Numbered from the stretch's first letter, positions 39,909 to 49,120 are shown. The stretch: 64,000 nucleotides of DNA from an uncultured Fibrobacterota bacterium (GCA_963753345.1 CAVWBU010000049.1:96001-160000); one strand, 5' to 3'. Notes: generated from the sequence alone by a model not told the origin. A program made the numbers and translations.

Positions 39909-40058
39909 GGTGGGGGAAGGCTCCCCGTCGCTCCGGCCCTGCGCTCGTCACATCAAAGTTCGTCTTATTCCGCGCAGGTCCTGCGCTGCCCCCTCATGGG
40001 TAGCCGCCTTGACAAAGCAGTGGCAAGACCATGCAATGCTGTGGCGGCACCCACGAAG
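39909..40058 (+). repeat. Structured repeat family A, copy A6
   Basis: Close relative of A1 (GCCGCCTTGACAAAG..CATGCA..GCTG.GGCGGCACCCA). Confidence 0.9.
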
Positions 40059-40127
40059 AATAGTTGAGGAGTTGAGAGGTTGAGAAGTTAATAGGAAAAC
40101 AATGATTTACTCCTTGAAGATTCCGGC

Positions 40128-40326
40128 TGGCGCAATAAGAGTAAATTGACAGAATGGATTTCTCCTGCCGCGCGTTAGGGGCGACTGGAGGTCCCGCTAG
40201 AGCGGGATGCCGCCCGGACACGCCGCGAAGCGGCCTCGTGCCGAGGCGGCCCGAGGCCGAAGGCCGAGACCGGAAGGAGAACCGACCCGAGCCTGAGTCT
40301 TGACGAAGGCGAGGGGAACGCCCAAG
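40128..40326 (+). repeat. Structured repeat family B, copy B5
   Basis: TGGCGCAA..TTGACAGAATGGATT..TGCCGCGCGTTAGG..GACTGGAGG..GGGGAACGCCCAA. Confidence 0.9.
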
Positions 40327-40373
40327 TCCTCTACTAGGAACGCTTGATAACCTGCCATACTTAACAATCGGGA

Positions 40374-42050
40374 TTACATTCTCTCCGGCGCCGAAACACC
40401 CAACAAATCCAATCCTAGTCTGATCACGTTCCTCACGCCGCAAGTGAGCAGCAGCCTCGCGCACGACAGGGGCCTGTTGTCCGTCACGATCCTGTGCTTC
40501 TGGTAGAACGAATGGAACTCCGCGGCGAACGATTCGAGGTAGGCGGTGATGCGCTGGGGCTCCACGAACAGCGCGGTCTGCACGAGCAGGGTGGGGAATT
40601 CCGCGATGCGACGCACCAGGTCGAGCTCTTCCGGCTCGGCAAGCAGGGAGGGCGAGGCGCCGCCGGCATTCCCGTCTGTAAAGCCCTGTTGGCGCGCGTG
40701 GGCAAGCAGGCTGCACGTGCGTGCATGTGCATACTGGACGTAATACACGGGGTTGTCGTCGGATTTCTTCGTGGCGAGCGTCATGTCGAAGTCGAAATGG
40801 CTTGACAGGCGGCGCATGAGGAAGAAGTAGCGCATCGCGTCGACGCCCACCTCGTCGAGCAGGTCGGCCATGGTCACGAAGTCGCCCTTACGCTTGGACA
40901 TGCGGAACGGGACGCCGTCGCGGATCAGGTTAACCTGCTGGATGATGAAATTCTTAAAGACGGTCTTCGACAGTCCGAGTGCGGACACCGCGCCCTCGAG
41001 CCGGGGCAGATACCCGTGATGGTCGGGCCCCCAGAACGTGTACGATTCGTCAAACCCGCGCGACGCCTTGTGCAGGTGGTACGAAAGATCGGCCAGGAAG
41101 TAGGTGGGCGATCCGTCCTGCCGCACGAGTACGCGGTCTTTTTCGTCGCCGAAATTGGTCGAGGCGAACCAGACCGCGCCTTCCTTTTCGAGAACAAGGC
41201 CCTTTTCGCGAAGGAGCGAGAGTGTCTTTGCGGGCGCGTCCGATTTGTGAAGCTCGCTTTCCATAAACCAGCGGTCGTAGTTCACGCCGTACGCGGCAAG
41301 GATTTTTTTCTGGTCTGCCATGATGCGGCCCAGCGCCTCCGCAGTGAACAGCCGTTCGGCTTCGGCGCCGGGCATTGCCGCGACCTCGGGCCTGGCCGCG
41401 GAGATTTCGGCTGCCAGGTCGCGTATGTAATCGCCCTCGTAGCCGCCCTCGGGAATGGCCGCGTCCTTTCCGTGGCCCTGGTAGTACCGGCATGCAATCG
41501 ATTTTCCCAGCAGCTCGACCTGGTTGCCGTAGTCGTTCACGTAGTATTCGCGCTCCACCTCGTGGCCCAGCCACGAATTGACGCGCGCGATGGTGTCGCC
41601 GATTGCCGCGGCGCGTCCGTTGACCACCACCATGGGCCCGGTCGGGTTTGCGCTCACGAACTCGAACAGGATGCGTTTCTTCTGCGGAACCTGGTTGCGG
41701 CCGTATCGCTCCGGCGACAGCGCGGCCTCGGCAAGCACGCCATGCAGATACACGGGGCTCAGACGGAAATTGATGAACCCGCCCGCAATCGTGCTCACAA
41801 GGCCCGGATCGGGCGTCACGAAGCGGTCGTCCCATGCAAATCGCTCCATGAGTTTGCGGGCGACGGCCACGGGATTTTCTTTGAGGATTTTTGCAAGGCC
41901 GAGCGCCATGGGCGACGAAAGGTCGCCGTGCGATTTCTGCTTTGGTTTTTCGATGACGATATCTGGGGCAGCAACCGCTGTCCCGCCGAACGCCGACGCC
42001 GCGGCCGACCGGAGCGCGCCGGCAAGATATGCATACACGGAATCAGGCAT
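40374..42050 (-). CDS. argS: Arginine--tRNA ligase
   Basis: EFVSANPTGP, REYYVND.G.Q, FGDEKDRV, MSKRKG, YVQYAHAR, GVSAPERM. Confidence 0.96.
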   Translation of the reverse strand: MPDSVYAYLAGALRSAAASAFGGTAVAAPDIVIEKPKQKSHGDLSSPMALGLAKILKENPVAVARKLMERFAWDDRFVTPDPGLVSTIAGGFINFRLSPVYLHGVLAEAALSPERYGRNQVPQKKRILFEFVSANPTGPMVVVNGRAAAIGDTIARVNSWLGHEVEREYYVNDYGNQVELLGKSIACRYYQGHGKDAAIPEGGYEGDYIRDLAAEISAARPEVAAMPGAEAERLFTAEALGRIMADQKKILAAYGVNYDRWFMESELHKSDAPAKTLSLLREKGLVLEKEGAVWFASTNFGDEKDRVLVRQDGSPTYFLADLSYHLHKASRGFDESYTFWGPDHHGYLPRLEGAVSALGLSKTVFKNFIIQQVNLIRDGVPFRMSKRKGDFVTMADLLDEVGVDAMRYFFLMRRLSSHFDFDMTLATKKSDDNPVYYVQYAHARTCSLLAHARQQGFTDGNAGGASPSLLAEPEELDLVRRIAEFPTLLVQTALFVEPQRITAYLESFAAEFHSFYQKHRIVTDNRPLSCARLLLTCGVRNVIRLGLDLLGVSAPERM

Positions 42051-42420
42051 GCCGGACGCCCCGTGGTTCGCTTTTGTCGAGCGGTTCCCACAGCTCTTCG
42101 AGAGCGTAGTACCTTCGGACCTGCGGCGTCATCACGTGGACCACAATGTCCGAGAAGTCAACGAGGATCCAGCGGCCGTCCTGTTCCCCTTCGGAATGCC
42201 ACGGGGAGACGCCGCGGCGTTCGAGCGCGTCCACGATGCCGTCGCGGATCGCGCGCGTATGATTCTGGTTGTCGCCCGAACACACCACGAAGTAGTCGGC
42301 GATGCCGGTTTCCTCCTTAAGGTTGAGGACGACGATGTTCTCTGCCTTCTTGTCAAGGGCAGCCTCGGCAATGAGCGGCAGCAGATTTTTTCCGCGGGGC
42401 AGGTCTTTGCGCGCCGTCAT
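42043..42420 (-). CDS. rsfS: Ribosome silencing factor
   Basis: DKKAENI, ADYFVVCSG, WILVDF.DIVVHVM...R.YY.LE.LW. Confidence 0.95.
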   Translation of the reverse strand: MTARKDLPRGKNLLPLIAEAALDKKAENIVVLNLKEETGIADYFVVCSGDNQNHTRAIRDGIVDALERRGVSPWHSEGEQDGRWILVDFSDIVVHVMTPQVRRYYALEELWEPLDKSEPRGVRHA

Positions 42421-42836
42421 CGGACATGCTCCCGGAAGTCGGCGCCCACGTAGACCGCTGCGTCGTAGAGTTCGTCCCCGTTGCGCATGAGAACGACCGA
42501 ACGGATGCCGAGCGCCTGGGCCACCTGGCGCGCAATTGCCTGGTCTTTGGTGCGGGACACCACCAGCGTCTCGGTGTAATTGCTCGTCTTGGCGTTGCTC
42601 TCGTTCTTGACGTCGAATTTCTTCGACCGCAGAAAATCGGCCATTATCTTTGCCGCTCCGTCGATGCCGCACCCGTTGAGCACCTGGATTTTTCCGATAT
42701 ATGGAATGTTCATCCGCGCATCCTCGGATTTCTGCTGGGGGGCGGATTCCGCGGCAGGCTGCTGCCGCCGCAGGCCCAGGGCCAGTGCCGCGACAAGCAC
42801 GGCGCAGGCGATAAGCATGATGACGGTGTTTTTCAC
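42417..42836 (-). CDS. LytR C-terminal domain membrane protein
   Basis: N-terminal TM helix, IQVLNGCGIDGAA, VYVGADF. Confidence 0.85.
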   Translation of the reverse strand: MKNTVIMLIACAVLVAALALGLRRQQPAAESAPQQKSEDARMNIPYIGKIQVLNGCGIDGAAKIMADFLRSKKFDVKNESNAKTSNYTETLVVSRTKDQAIARQVAQALGIRSVVLMRNGDELYDAAVYVGADFREHVR

Positions 42837-42923
42837 GCTGCTCCCGGAAGTAACAACGACGTGCGCGGGGGCGCGCCGCGTACGCAGGTGTGGTGAAGGT
42901 TTTCCGTGTGCAGGAACACGGCG

Positions 42924-43256
42924 CTACTTCCCGCCGCTCACCACGCGCGGAGCGTGGGAAGGTATTTCGTTCTCGGCAAGATGCACAAATGTCAAGACCA
43001 TGATCCTGTCGCCCACCACGCCCATGCGGGCGGCCGGGCCGTTGAGCTCCGCGATGCCGGACCCCCGCTTGCCCTTTATCACATAGGTGCTGAAACGGTT
43101 GCCGTTTTCCATGTTGAGCACCTGGACCTCCTCGTAGGGGAGGATGCCCGCCTTTTCGAGATAGTCTTCGTCAAGCGTGATGCTCCCTTCATAGTCCAGA
43201 TGGGCGCCGGTTACCGCGATGTCGCGTATTTTAGCTTTGAGGAAACTTCTCAGCAT
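42924..43256 (-). CDS. panD: Aspartate 1-decarboxylase
   Basis: K.KI...VT.A.L.YEGSIT.D, NG.RF.TY.I, LNGPAAR. Confidence 0.95.
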   Translation of the reverse strand: MLRSFLKAKIRDIAVTGAHLDYEGSITLDEDYLEKAGILPYEEVQVLNMENGNRFSTYVIKGKRGSGIAELNGPAARMGVVGDRIMVLTFVHLAENEIPSHAPRVVSGGK

Positions 43257-43272
43257 AGAATGACTCCACCAA

Positions 43273-43896
43273 CTAGAATGAGAAACATACCCGCAGGCCG
43301 GCCGTGACGCCCGCCGAAGCGCCCCACACGGGGCTGTTCCAGCGATTCTCCGCAATCTGTATGCTCATGTCAATGCCACTCCACATCATGTCCGGAACAA
43401 GCAGACCCAGTCCGAGCGGCTGGAACCTGCGAGAAGCGGCGCTCCAGCCGACGAACAATCCGGCGCAGCCTGCCGCGGCGGCCGCCATGATCCATCCCCG
43501 GACCGCATGGCCGCTGCGAATCTGGTTCACGCCCGGCACCAGGAAGCTTCCTGCCGCAGTCCAGCTGTCCCCCAACCGTTTCCGCGCATGCATGGACCGC
43601 ACGTCCGCGTCCGAATGTCCCGCCCGCCGGAGCCTGATGTACTCCGCCTCCGGTATGGAAAGCTCTTGCCATGGTCTGCGGTAGTATTCCGATATGGAAA
43701 TCCCGCTTTCGAGCAGCTGGTGCACCTTTACAAGCGGCAGCTTCATTTCCTGTATCTTGTTCCACTCGGTCTCGGAAAGGCCGAGTTTTTCGTAGATTTC
43801 CTTGTCGCCGGGCGATGCCCCCAGCGCAATTGCCATCGGACCGTGCGCGAGCAGCAGAAAAAGGCCGCATTTCACCATCGTTTCCCTGATGGACAT
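43273..43896 (-). CDS. Hypothetical membrane protein
   Basis: Signal peptide, SFLVPGVNQ TM2-like motif; co-oriented operon member. Confidence 0.65.
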   Translation of the reverse strand: MSIRETMVKCGLFLLLAHGPMAIALGASPGDKEIYEKLGLSETEWNKIQEMKLPLVKVHQLLESGISISEYYRRPWQELSIPEAEYIRLRRAGHSDADVRSMHARKRLGDSWTAAGSFLVPGVNQIRSGHAVRGWIMAAAAAGCAGLFVGWSAASRRFQPLGLGLLVPDMMWSGIDMSIQIAENRWNSPVWGASAGVTAGLRVCFSF

Positions 43897-44090
43897 GGGA
43901 TTTCCCCGGAAGAAATCGTTCCGCCGCAGAGCAATCCCCCTTCGATCAAGACACCGAAAATACTTGATGTGCCGGTTGTCGCAAAGGCCGACGCTAAAAA
44001 GAATGGGTTGGATTGATTGACAGGATGCCTCAGGGGTGCGCTCATGAGGGAATGCCATGAAGGCGAACAAGCACCGCATTGTGCGGGAAA

Positions 44091-44672
44091 TCAGTTCGAA
44101 CTCGTCAGCTTCTTGAGCTCGTCCCGGAGCCTGGCCGCGTCTTCGTAGCGCTCTTCCGCGACCGCTTTTTCGAGCTTCTGCCGGAGGGCATCCAGGGGCG
44201 AGGGGGCCGGCGCGGAAATGTTTTTTTCCTCCTGCCGGCCGGGGAAGGGCTGCTGTTGCGCGTCGCCGCCCGTTTCCTCGGCAAGGAGTATTCCTGCTTT
44301 GTCAAGTACCTTCTCCTCCACGAACAGGGGCGCGCCGAAGCGGAGGGCGAGGCAGATCGCGTCGCTCGGCCGTGCGTCGAAATCCAGGGTTTTTCCCTTG
44401 AAGTCGAGTACGAGCCGCGCGTAAAACGTGTCGTCGATGAGGTCCGACACCTCGACCCGCACCATTGCGCACCCGATGGCGTCGAGCACCGATTTGAAGA
44501 GGTCGTGGGTGAGCGGGCGCGGAATTTCCACTTTGTTAATCTGGATGACGATGGACTGCGCCTGCTGGTCGTCGATGAAAATGGGGAGCGCGCGCTTGTC
44601 GGTTGCGCCCTTGAGAAAGATGACGAAGCGCTTGTTGAGCAGCGCGACGTTGACAATTTCAACGGGGATCAT
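44091..44672 (-). CDS. Bifunctional nuclease (DUF151) with UVR domain
   Basis: LPIFI, RPLTHDL, FYARL, DARPSDAI.LA; AVAEERYEDAARLRDE. Confidence 0.92.
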   Translation of the reverse strand: MIPVEIVNVALLNKRFVIFLKGATDKRALPIFIDDQQAQSIVIQINKVEIPRPLTHDLFKSVLDAIGCAMVRVEVSDLIDDTFYARLVLDFKGKTLDFDARPSDAICLALRFGAPLFVEEKVLDKAGILLAEETGGDAQQQPFPGRQEEKNISAPAPSPLDALRQKLEKAVAEERYEDAARLRDELKKLTSSN

Positions 44673-44763
44673 GGTGAAAACCGCTTCCGGGATTGTGGCA
44701 AACCTGAACCGCTTCCAAAATACTTCATGGCGGATAATCGGAATGGTTGAGGGGCAGGGTCGG

Positions 44764-45225
44764 TCAGTTGGGCAGCAGGCAGATCTTCTGCGACGTGTGG
44801 GTGAGCAGGGTTTTCCACCGGGAGTGTTCTTTTATGTAAATCTCGGTCACGATCAGGTCGTTTTTCGTGATGTCCCTGCTGTCGCCGGCGATTTCTTCCT
44901 CTATTTCAAACGTGGCGAAGGCCATCGATTCGTCCTCGGTGATGAACGGCTGGTAGCTGAGGATCGTGCTGAGCTTGACGGGCGTCTCCGCCTCCATAAT
45001 TTCCTTCTTGAGTTCCGCGATGGCCATTTTTACGCCGGCCGAATTGATGAACTGGTATTTTCTGGCGCAAATTCTATTGAGGGCGCCGGTGTCCTTTCTG
45101 GAAATCGCCTCGATCCGTTCCTTGAGCAGGTTCTTCAGAACAAGGGGAAGGTCTGATTGACAGAATACAATTGAGGGAAGAAGAAGAACTGTCAGGGTGA
45201 TGACGGATACGGTGCGGGTCGTCAT
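44764..45225 (-). CDS. NTF2/DUF4440-like exported protein
   Basis: Signal peptide, KD..AL..I....Y.FI...G, TEIY.K...RWK...H.S. Confidence 0.7.
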   Translation of the reverse strand: MTTRTVSVITLTVLLLPSIVFCQSDLPLVLKNLLKERIEAISRKDTGALNRICARKYQFINSAGVKMAIAELKKEIMEAETPVKLSTILSYQPFITEDESMAFATFEIEEEIAGDSRDITKNDLIVTEIYIKEHSRWKTLLTHTSQKICLLPN

Positions 45226-45276
45226 ACATGCCTCCGGTCGGTAAAGCGCAACGCCGGCGGGCATTGCATGATTGCT

Positions 45277-46578
45277 TTACAGCCCCTTCACCATTTCCTT
45301 CACCATTCTCATCGACTTTGCCGTGGCTTCCCAGAAAAACAGCCCCATCGGGATCGGAATGGAGTTTTCGAAGCCCTTTTCGATCACCACCGCCTGCTTC
45401 TTGGCAAGCACCTGGTGGTTCTGGTCTTCTATGGTTACTTCATTTTCGAGTTTCAAAACGGTCTGCTCCAGTTCGTCCTGCGAATAACTCGACACCTGGC
45501 TTTGAATGGTGAAATACAGATCGGTTCGGCCGCCGGGCTGAGCGGGCGCCATGAAGCAGGAATCGCGGAGAAACTTCGAGATATACCCGTCGCTCGAGAA
45601 TTCTTTTGTCAAGGTGACGGCGTTTGCCGCGTTCGGCTTGTAGGAAATGGCAAACGTTGCGGGAATGGTGTTGAAAAGGATTGTCTGGTCGGGGACGGTA
45701 ACGCCGAGATCGTTCGCGTCGAACTGGCTGGCGCCGAGCACGGCCGCGGCAAAGTCAGGTTTCAGCATCAAGGTGGCGCCTTTTGCCACGTACGGGATCC
45801 TGAAATTTGAAAATGAGATGGAGCCGCGGTTGTCGGATGTTCCGGAGCACAGTTTCTTGCCGCCGGACAGCACGCAGGCAATGGTGATTCCGGGCAGCGG
45901 CACCGTGTCCGCCATCACCTGCACCGTAAACGGGGCTGCGAGGGTGGTGCCCTGCTTGCCGGTGATGATGTATTCCTCCGAGCGCACGGCAAATTTGTTG
46001 AAAAAGTTCTGCAGGATCTTGCGCGTTTCTTCGAGGAGAAAGGAGCGGGGCGTGGATTCGTCGGGCAGTCCTATGGGCGTGCCCATGCGTCCCATGGTAT
46101 AGTAGATGGTGTTGACGCCCAGGTTGTAAAGGTTCGTCGCTGCGTTGTCCTCCAGCGCTTTCTTCATGAGCGTATAGAAACGCAGGGAAATGGAGTAGCA
46201 TTTGTTGTTGTACGCTTCAAGAATGGGCCGCGCATCTTCGCCCGAGAGCGAAATGGTGATGGTGGCGGTGTGGCCCGAACGCGTCTGGTCGATCTTGGCC
46301 CTGGAAAGGCAGGTGTCGGCGAAGGCATTGAAATGGGACCGCTGGATCGCGTTGGTGGTGTCGACGGTGACGTCGGCCTCCTCCCTCAGCCATTCCCATA
46401 AATCAATTTTAAAACTGCCCATCGCCGCGCCCCGGATCTGGTCTGCCACATCCTGCGAGAGGGGTTTGGCGAGCTTGAGGGAATAGACGCCCGAAATGGG
46501 ACGGGAATGCGACTGGATTGCCGCGATAAGGACGACCGCCGCAACAGCGGCGAAACAGCAGTGGGTTCCGCGATGCAT
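45277..46578 (-). CDS. Hypothetical exported protein
   Basis: AAGGAG RBS, signal peptide, 433-aa ORF. Confidence 0.7.
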   Translation of the reverse strand: MHRGTHCCFAAVAAVVLIAAIQSHSRPISGVYSLKLAKPLSQDVADQIRGAAMGSFKIDLWEWLREEADVTVDTTNAIQRSHFNAFADTCLSRAKIDQTRSGHTATITISLSGEDARPILEAYNNKCYSISLRFYTLMKKALEDNAATNLYNLGVNTIYYTMGRMGTPIGLPDESTPRSFLLEETRKILQNFFNKFAVRSEEYIITGKQGTTLAAPFTVQVMADTVPLPGITIACVLSGGKKLCSGTSDNRGSISFSNFRIPYVAKGATLMLKPDFAAAVLGASQFDANDLGVTVPDQTILFNTIPATFAISYKPNAANAVTLTKEFSSDGYISKFLRDSCFMAPAQPGGRTDLYFTIQSQVSSYSQDELEQTVLKLENEVTIEDQNHQVLAKKQAVVIEKGFENSIPIPMGLFFWEATAKSMRMVKEMVKGL

Positions 46579-46682
46579 CTCAATCTCCTTGCGTCAACCG
46601 GCCGCCGCCTCCCGATGTGCGCCCGTTGCCGTTAAAGATATATCCGCCGCGCCAAGGGCGGCAAGCGGAAGGGATGCGGCCT

Positions 46683-48026
46683 TCAGCCCCCGATTTTCTT
46701 CATCACCAGAGCGGCAAGCTCCTGGGCCTGTTCCCGTGTTTTCGCCTCGGCGTAACACCGGATGATCGGCTCGGTGTTCGACGGCCGCACGTGCACCCAC
46801 CCGTAGTCGCGGAGTATCTTGAGGCCGTCCTGCGTGTCGACGGTTTCATTTGAAAAGGCCTTTTCCAGCGCTGCAACGACCGACCGCGCGTCGCCCGCGC
46901 AGGGAATCTTTTCCTTGACAATATAATAGCTTGGCCATGAAGCGGCGAGACGGGTGAGCGGCGCGCGCCGGAGCGCCATGAGCTCGAGGATGAGCGCCAT
47001 GCCGCACAAACCGTCGCGTACCGTGGAAACTTTCGGGTAAATAACGCCGCCGTTGCCCTCGCCGCCTGCGGCGCAGCCGTTTTCCGCCATGGCCTCAACC
47101 ACGTTCGCCTCGCCGATCCTGGCGCGGATCACGCGCACGCCGAACCGGCGCGCCACGTCGTCGACCATCATCGAGGTCGAAAGGTTGGTCGCGACCGGTG
47201 TTCTTGTTTTGGCAAGGATGTTTTCGAGCGCCAAGACGAGCGTGAGTTCCTCGGTGAGCGGCTGTCCCTTTTCGCCCATGAGCGCGAGCCGGTCGGCGTC
47301 CGGGTCGAAGGCGAACCCGCCCCAGAAGCCGTCCGACGAGGCAAGCATGCTTGATAACTGCGAAAGGTGTTCGGGCCGGGGTTCCGGGTTGTGAACGAAA
47401 TTGCCGTCGAGCCCGTTGTTGACGCCCTTCCATGCCACGCCCAGACGTTCGAGCAGAACCGGAACAATCACGCCGGCCGCTCCATTGATGGAATCCACGG
47501 CGATGGTGATACGCGCATCGCGTATTGCCGTTGCGTCAACCGCAGCGAGGATCCGCTCCACATGGGGCAGCACCGCATCTTTAACGAGGGGCTTTGCGCG
47601 GCCGCCGCGCACGATGCCCGCGCCCGTCCATTCCGCAAGAACGGCGCGGTACACCTCGTCGCATTCCTGTCCTGTAAAGAGGCGCCCGCCGGCGCGGATC
47701 ATCTTGTAGCCGTTGTAGGGGAGCGGGTTATGGCTCGCCGTGATCATGACGCCCGAGGCCGCGCCGAAATGCGCCACGGCCACGCATGCCGTGGGCGTCG
47801 GCGCGATGCCGATGTCGAGCGGCGTGCCGCCGGCCGCACTGATGCCGTCGAAGATCGCGGCGGCGAGATCGGGCCCCGACGGCCGCGTGTCGCGCGCGAC
47901 AACAACGGTTCCGCCGCCCGCGAGCCGGGTCTGGACATTGGCCAGGGTGAACGCGAAATCGGGCGTGAACGTTTCGCCCACGATTCCCCGGACGCCGGAG
48001 ACGGTCATGATGGGAAGTTTGTTCAT
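46683..48026 (-). CDS. Phosphohexomutase (phosphoglucosamine mutase/PMM family)
   Basis: SGVRG, RDTR.SG, TASHNP, FDPDADR, GGEGNGG, RPSNTEP. Confidence 0.92.
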   Translation of the reverse strand: MNKLPIMTVSGVRGIVGETFTPDFAFTLANVQTRLAGGGTVVVARDTRPSGPDLAAAIFDGISAAGGTPLDIGIAPTPTACVAVAHFGAASGVMITASHNPLPYNGYKMIRAGGRLFTGQECDEVYRAVLAEWTGAGIVRGGRAKPLVKDAVLPHVERILAAVDATAIRDARITIAVDSINGAAGVIVPVLLERLGVAWKGVNNGLDGNFVHNPEPRPEHLSQLSSMLASSDGFWGGFAFDPDADRLALMGEKGQPLTEELTLVLALENILAKTRTPVATNLSTSMMVDDVARRFGVRVIRARIGEANVVEAMAENGCAAGGEGNGGVIYPKVSTVRDGLCGMALILELMALRRAPLTRLAASWPSYYIVKEKIPCAGDARSVVAALEKAFSNETVDTQDGLKILRDYGWVHVRPSNTEPIIRCYAEAKTREQAQELAALVMKKIGG

Positions 48027-48356
48027 GGATGCCGTTCCTTGGAGAAGTCGAAACAGGTGAGGGATATGTGCGGCGGAGCGTTCATGAACGCTTCGCCCTT
48101 GCAATGCCGTGCGAAAGAAAATAAATCATTTCATGGTTCGGGTTGAACGCGGTCGCCGCGAAGCGGTTCCCGGCGCGCAGCAAAGGTTTCGAAATTCCTG
48201 CGGCTTTTTCTTTCAAATGCTGTATATTATGAATGCAACCCTCCGCAGGCTGTTTGACAGGACAGACTCCAGCCTGCGCACCGACAGGAATCCTGTTTTG
48301 TCAACTCTCTGCACCCGGGACGACCGCCCGGCGCGACAACAACAGAAGAAACACGC

Positions 48357-48914
48357 ATGCCCATAGAATTACTCTATATCATTCCGGTCCTCGCGGTGGC
48401 GTTTCTGGTGTACCGCCTCGTTCTCAACGCACAGAAGCGCGCAGAGGCCGCCGGTGCAGCAGGCACGGTTAAGGCCGGGGACACCAAATCGCAGCAGGCT
48501 GTCCGGTCCACCGAGGAGCGGCTTAACGAATACGAACAGACAATCGCCCAGATCAACAGAACGCTTTCTGCCCAGCAGAAGGTCATCGAGAAATTTCAGG
48601 AGGAAAACACTTCCTGCACCGGCGAAATAGAAAAGCTCAACGCGCAGCTCCGGGAACTACACAAGGAATACGATATTGTTATCAGTGAAAACTTCTCGCT
48701 TCGCGCAAAAGCAAAGAGCCTTCAAAGAAAGCTCGATGGCATTCCCGCCGCGTTTGACTCGGCAGGTCCCGCCGCCGAGTCGGCTCCGCCTTCCGACGGC
48801 GTCAAGGAGACGATGGCGATGAACCTGAACCTGTACGAAGACACCAAGCTCTTCAAATCGTCCTCACTGCTTGACGACACGACACGGTTCGACGAGACCG
48901 AATCCTCAGCCTAA
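48357..48914 (+). CDS. Hypothetical single-TM coiled-coil protein
   Basis: N-terminal hydrophobic helix followed by a heptad-rich segment. Confidence 0.7.
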   Translation: MPIELLYIIPVLAVAFLVYRLVLNAQKRAEAAGAAGTVKAGDTKSQQAVRSTEERLNEYEQTIAQINRTLSAQQKVIEKFQEENTSCTGEIEKLNAQLRELHKEYDIVISENFSLRAKAKSLQRKLDGIPAAFDSAGPAAESAPPSDGVKETMAMNLNLYEDTKLFKSSSLLDDTTRFDETESSA

Positions 48915-49001
48915 ATCCTCCTGTTTCATTCCGCCAAGCATCTTCCGCCGAAAATTCGCAGTTTTCTGCAATTTTTCCTCTTTTTGTTGATTCCACAAAA
49001 C

Positions 49002-49049
49002 AAACGATATGTAGTATTGCACTATCTTAAGTTACACAACATATTGTGG
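49002..49049. promoter_or_regulatory. Tandem NrdR-box-like sites
   Basis: AAACGATATGTAGTAT (49002) and ACACAACATATTGTGG (49034), 32 nt apart. Confidence 0.55.
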
Positions 49050-49120
49050 TTTTTTGCATTCTGAAGATGTGTTAAGTCAAGAATTACCATAATATTCGGA
49101 CATTTTCATATAGAAAAAAC

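Noticed and set aside
48960-49120. AT-rich spacer before mraZ as a replication origin
   Set aside because: No cluster of TTATCCACA DnaA boxes is visible.
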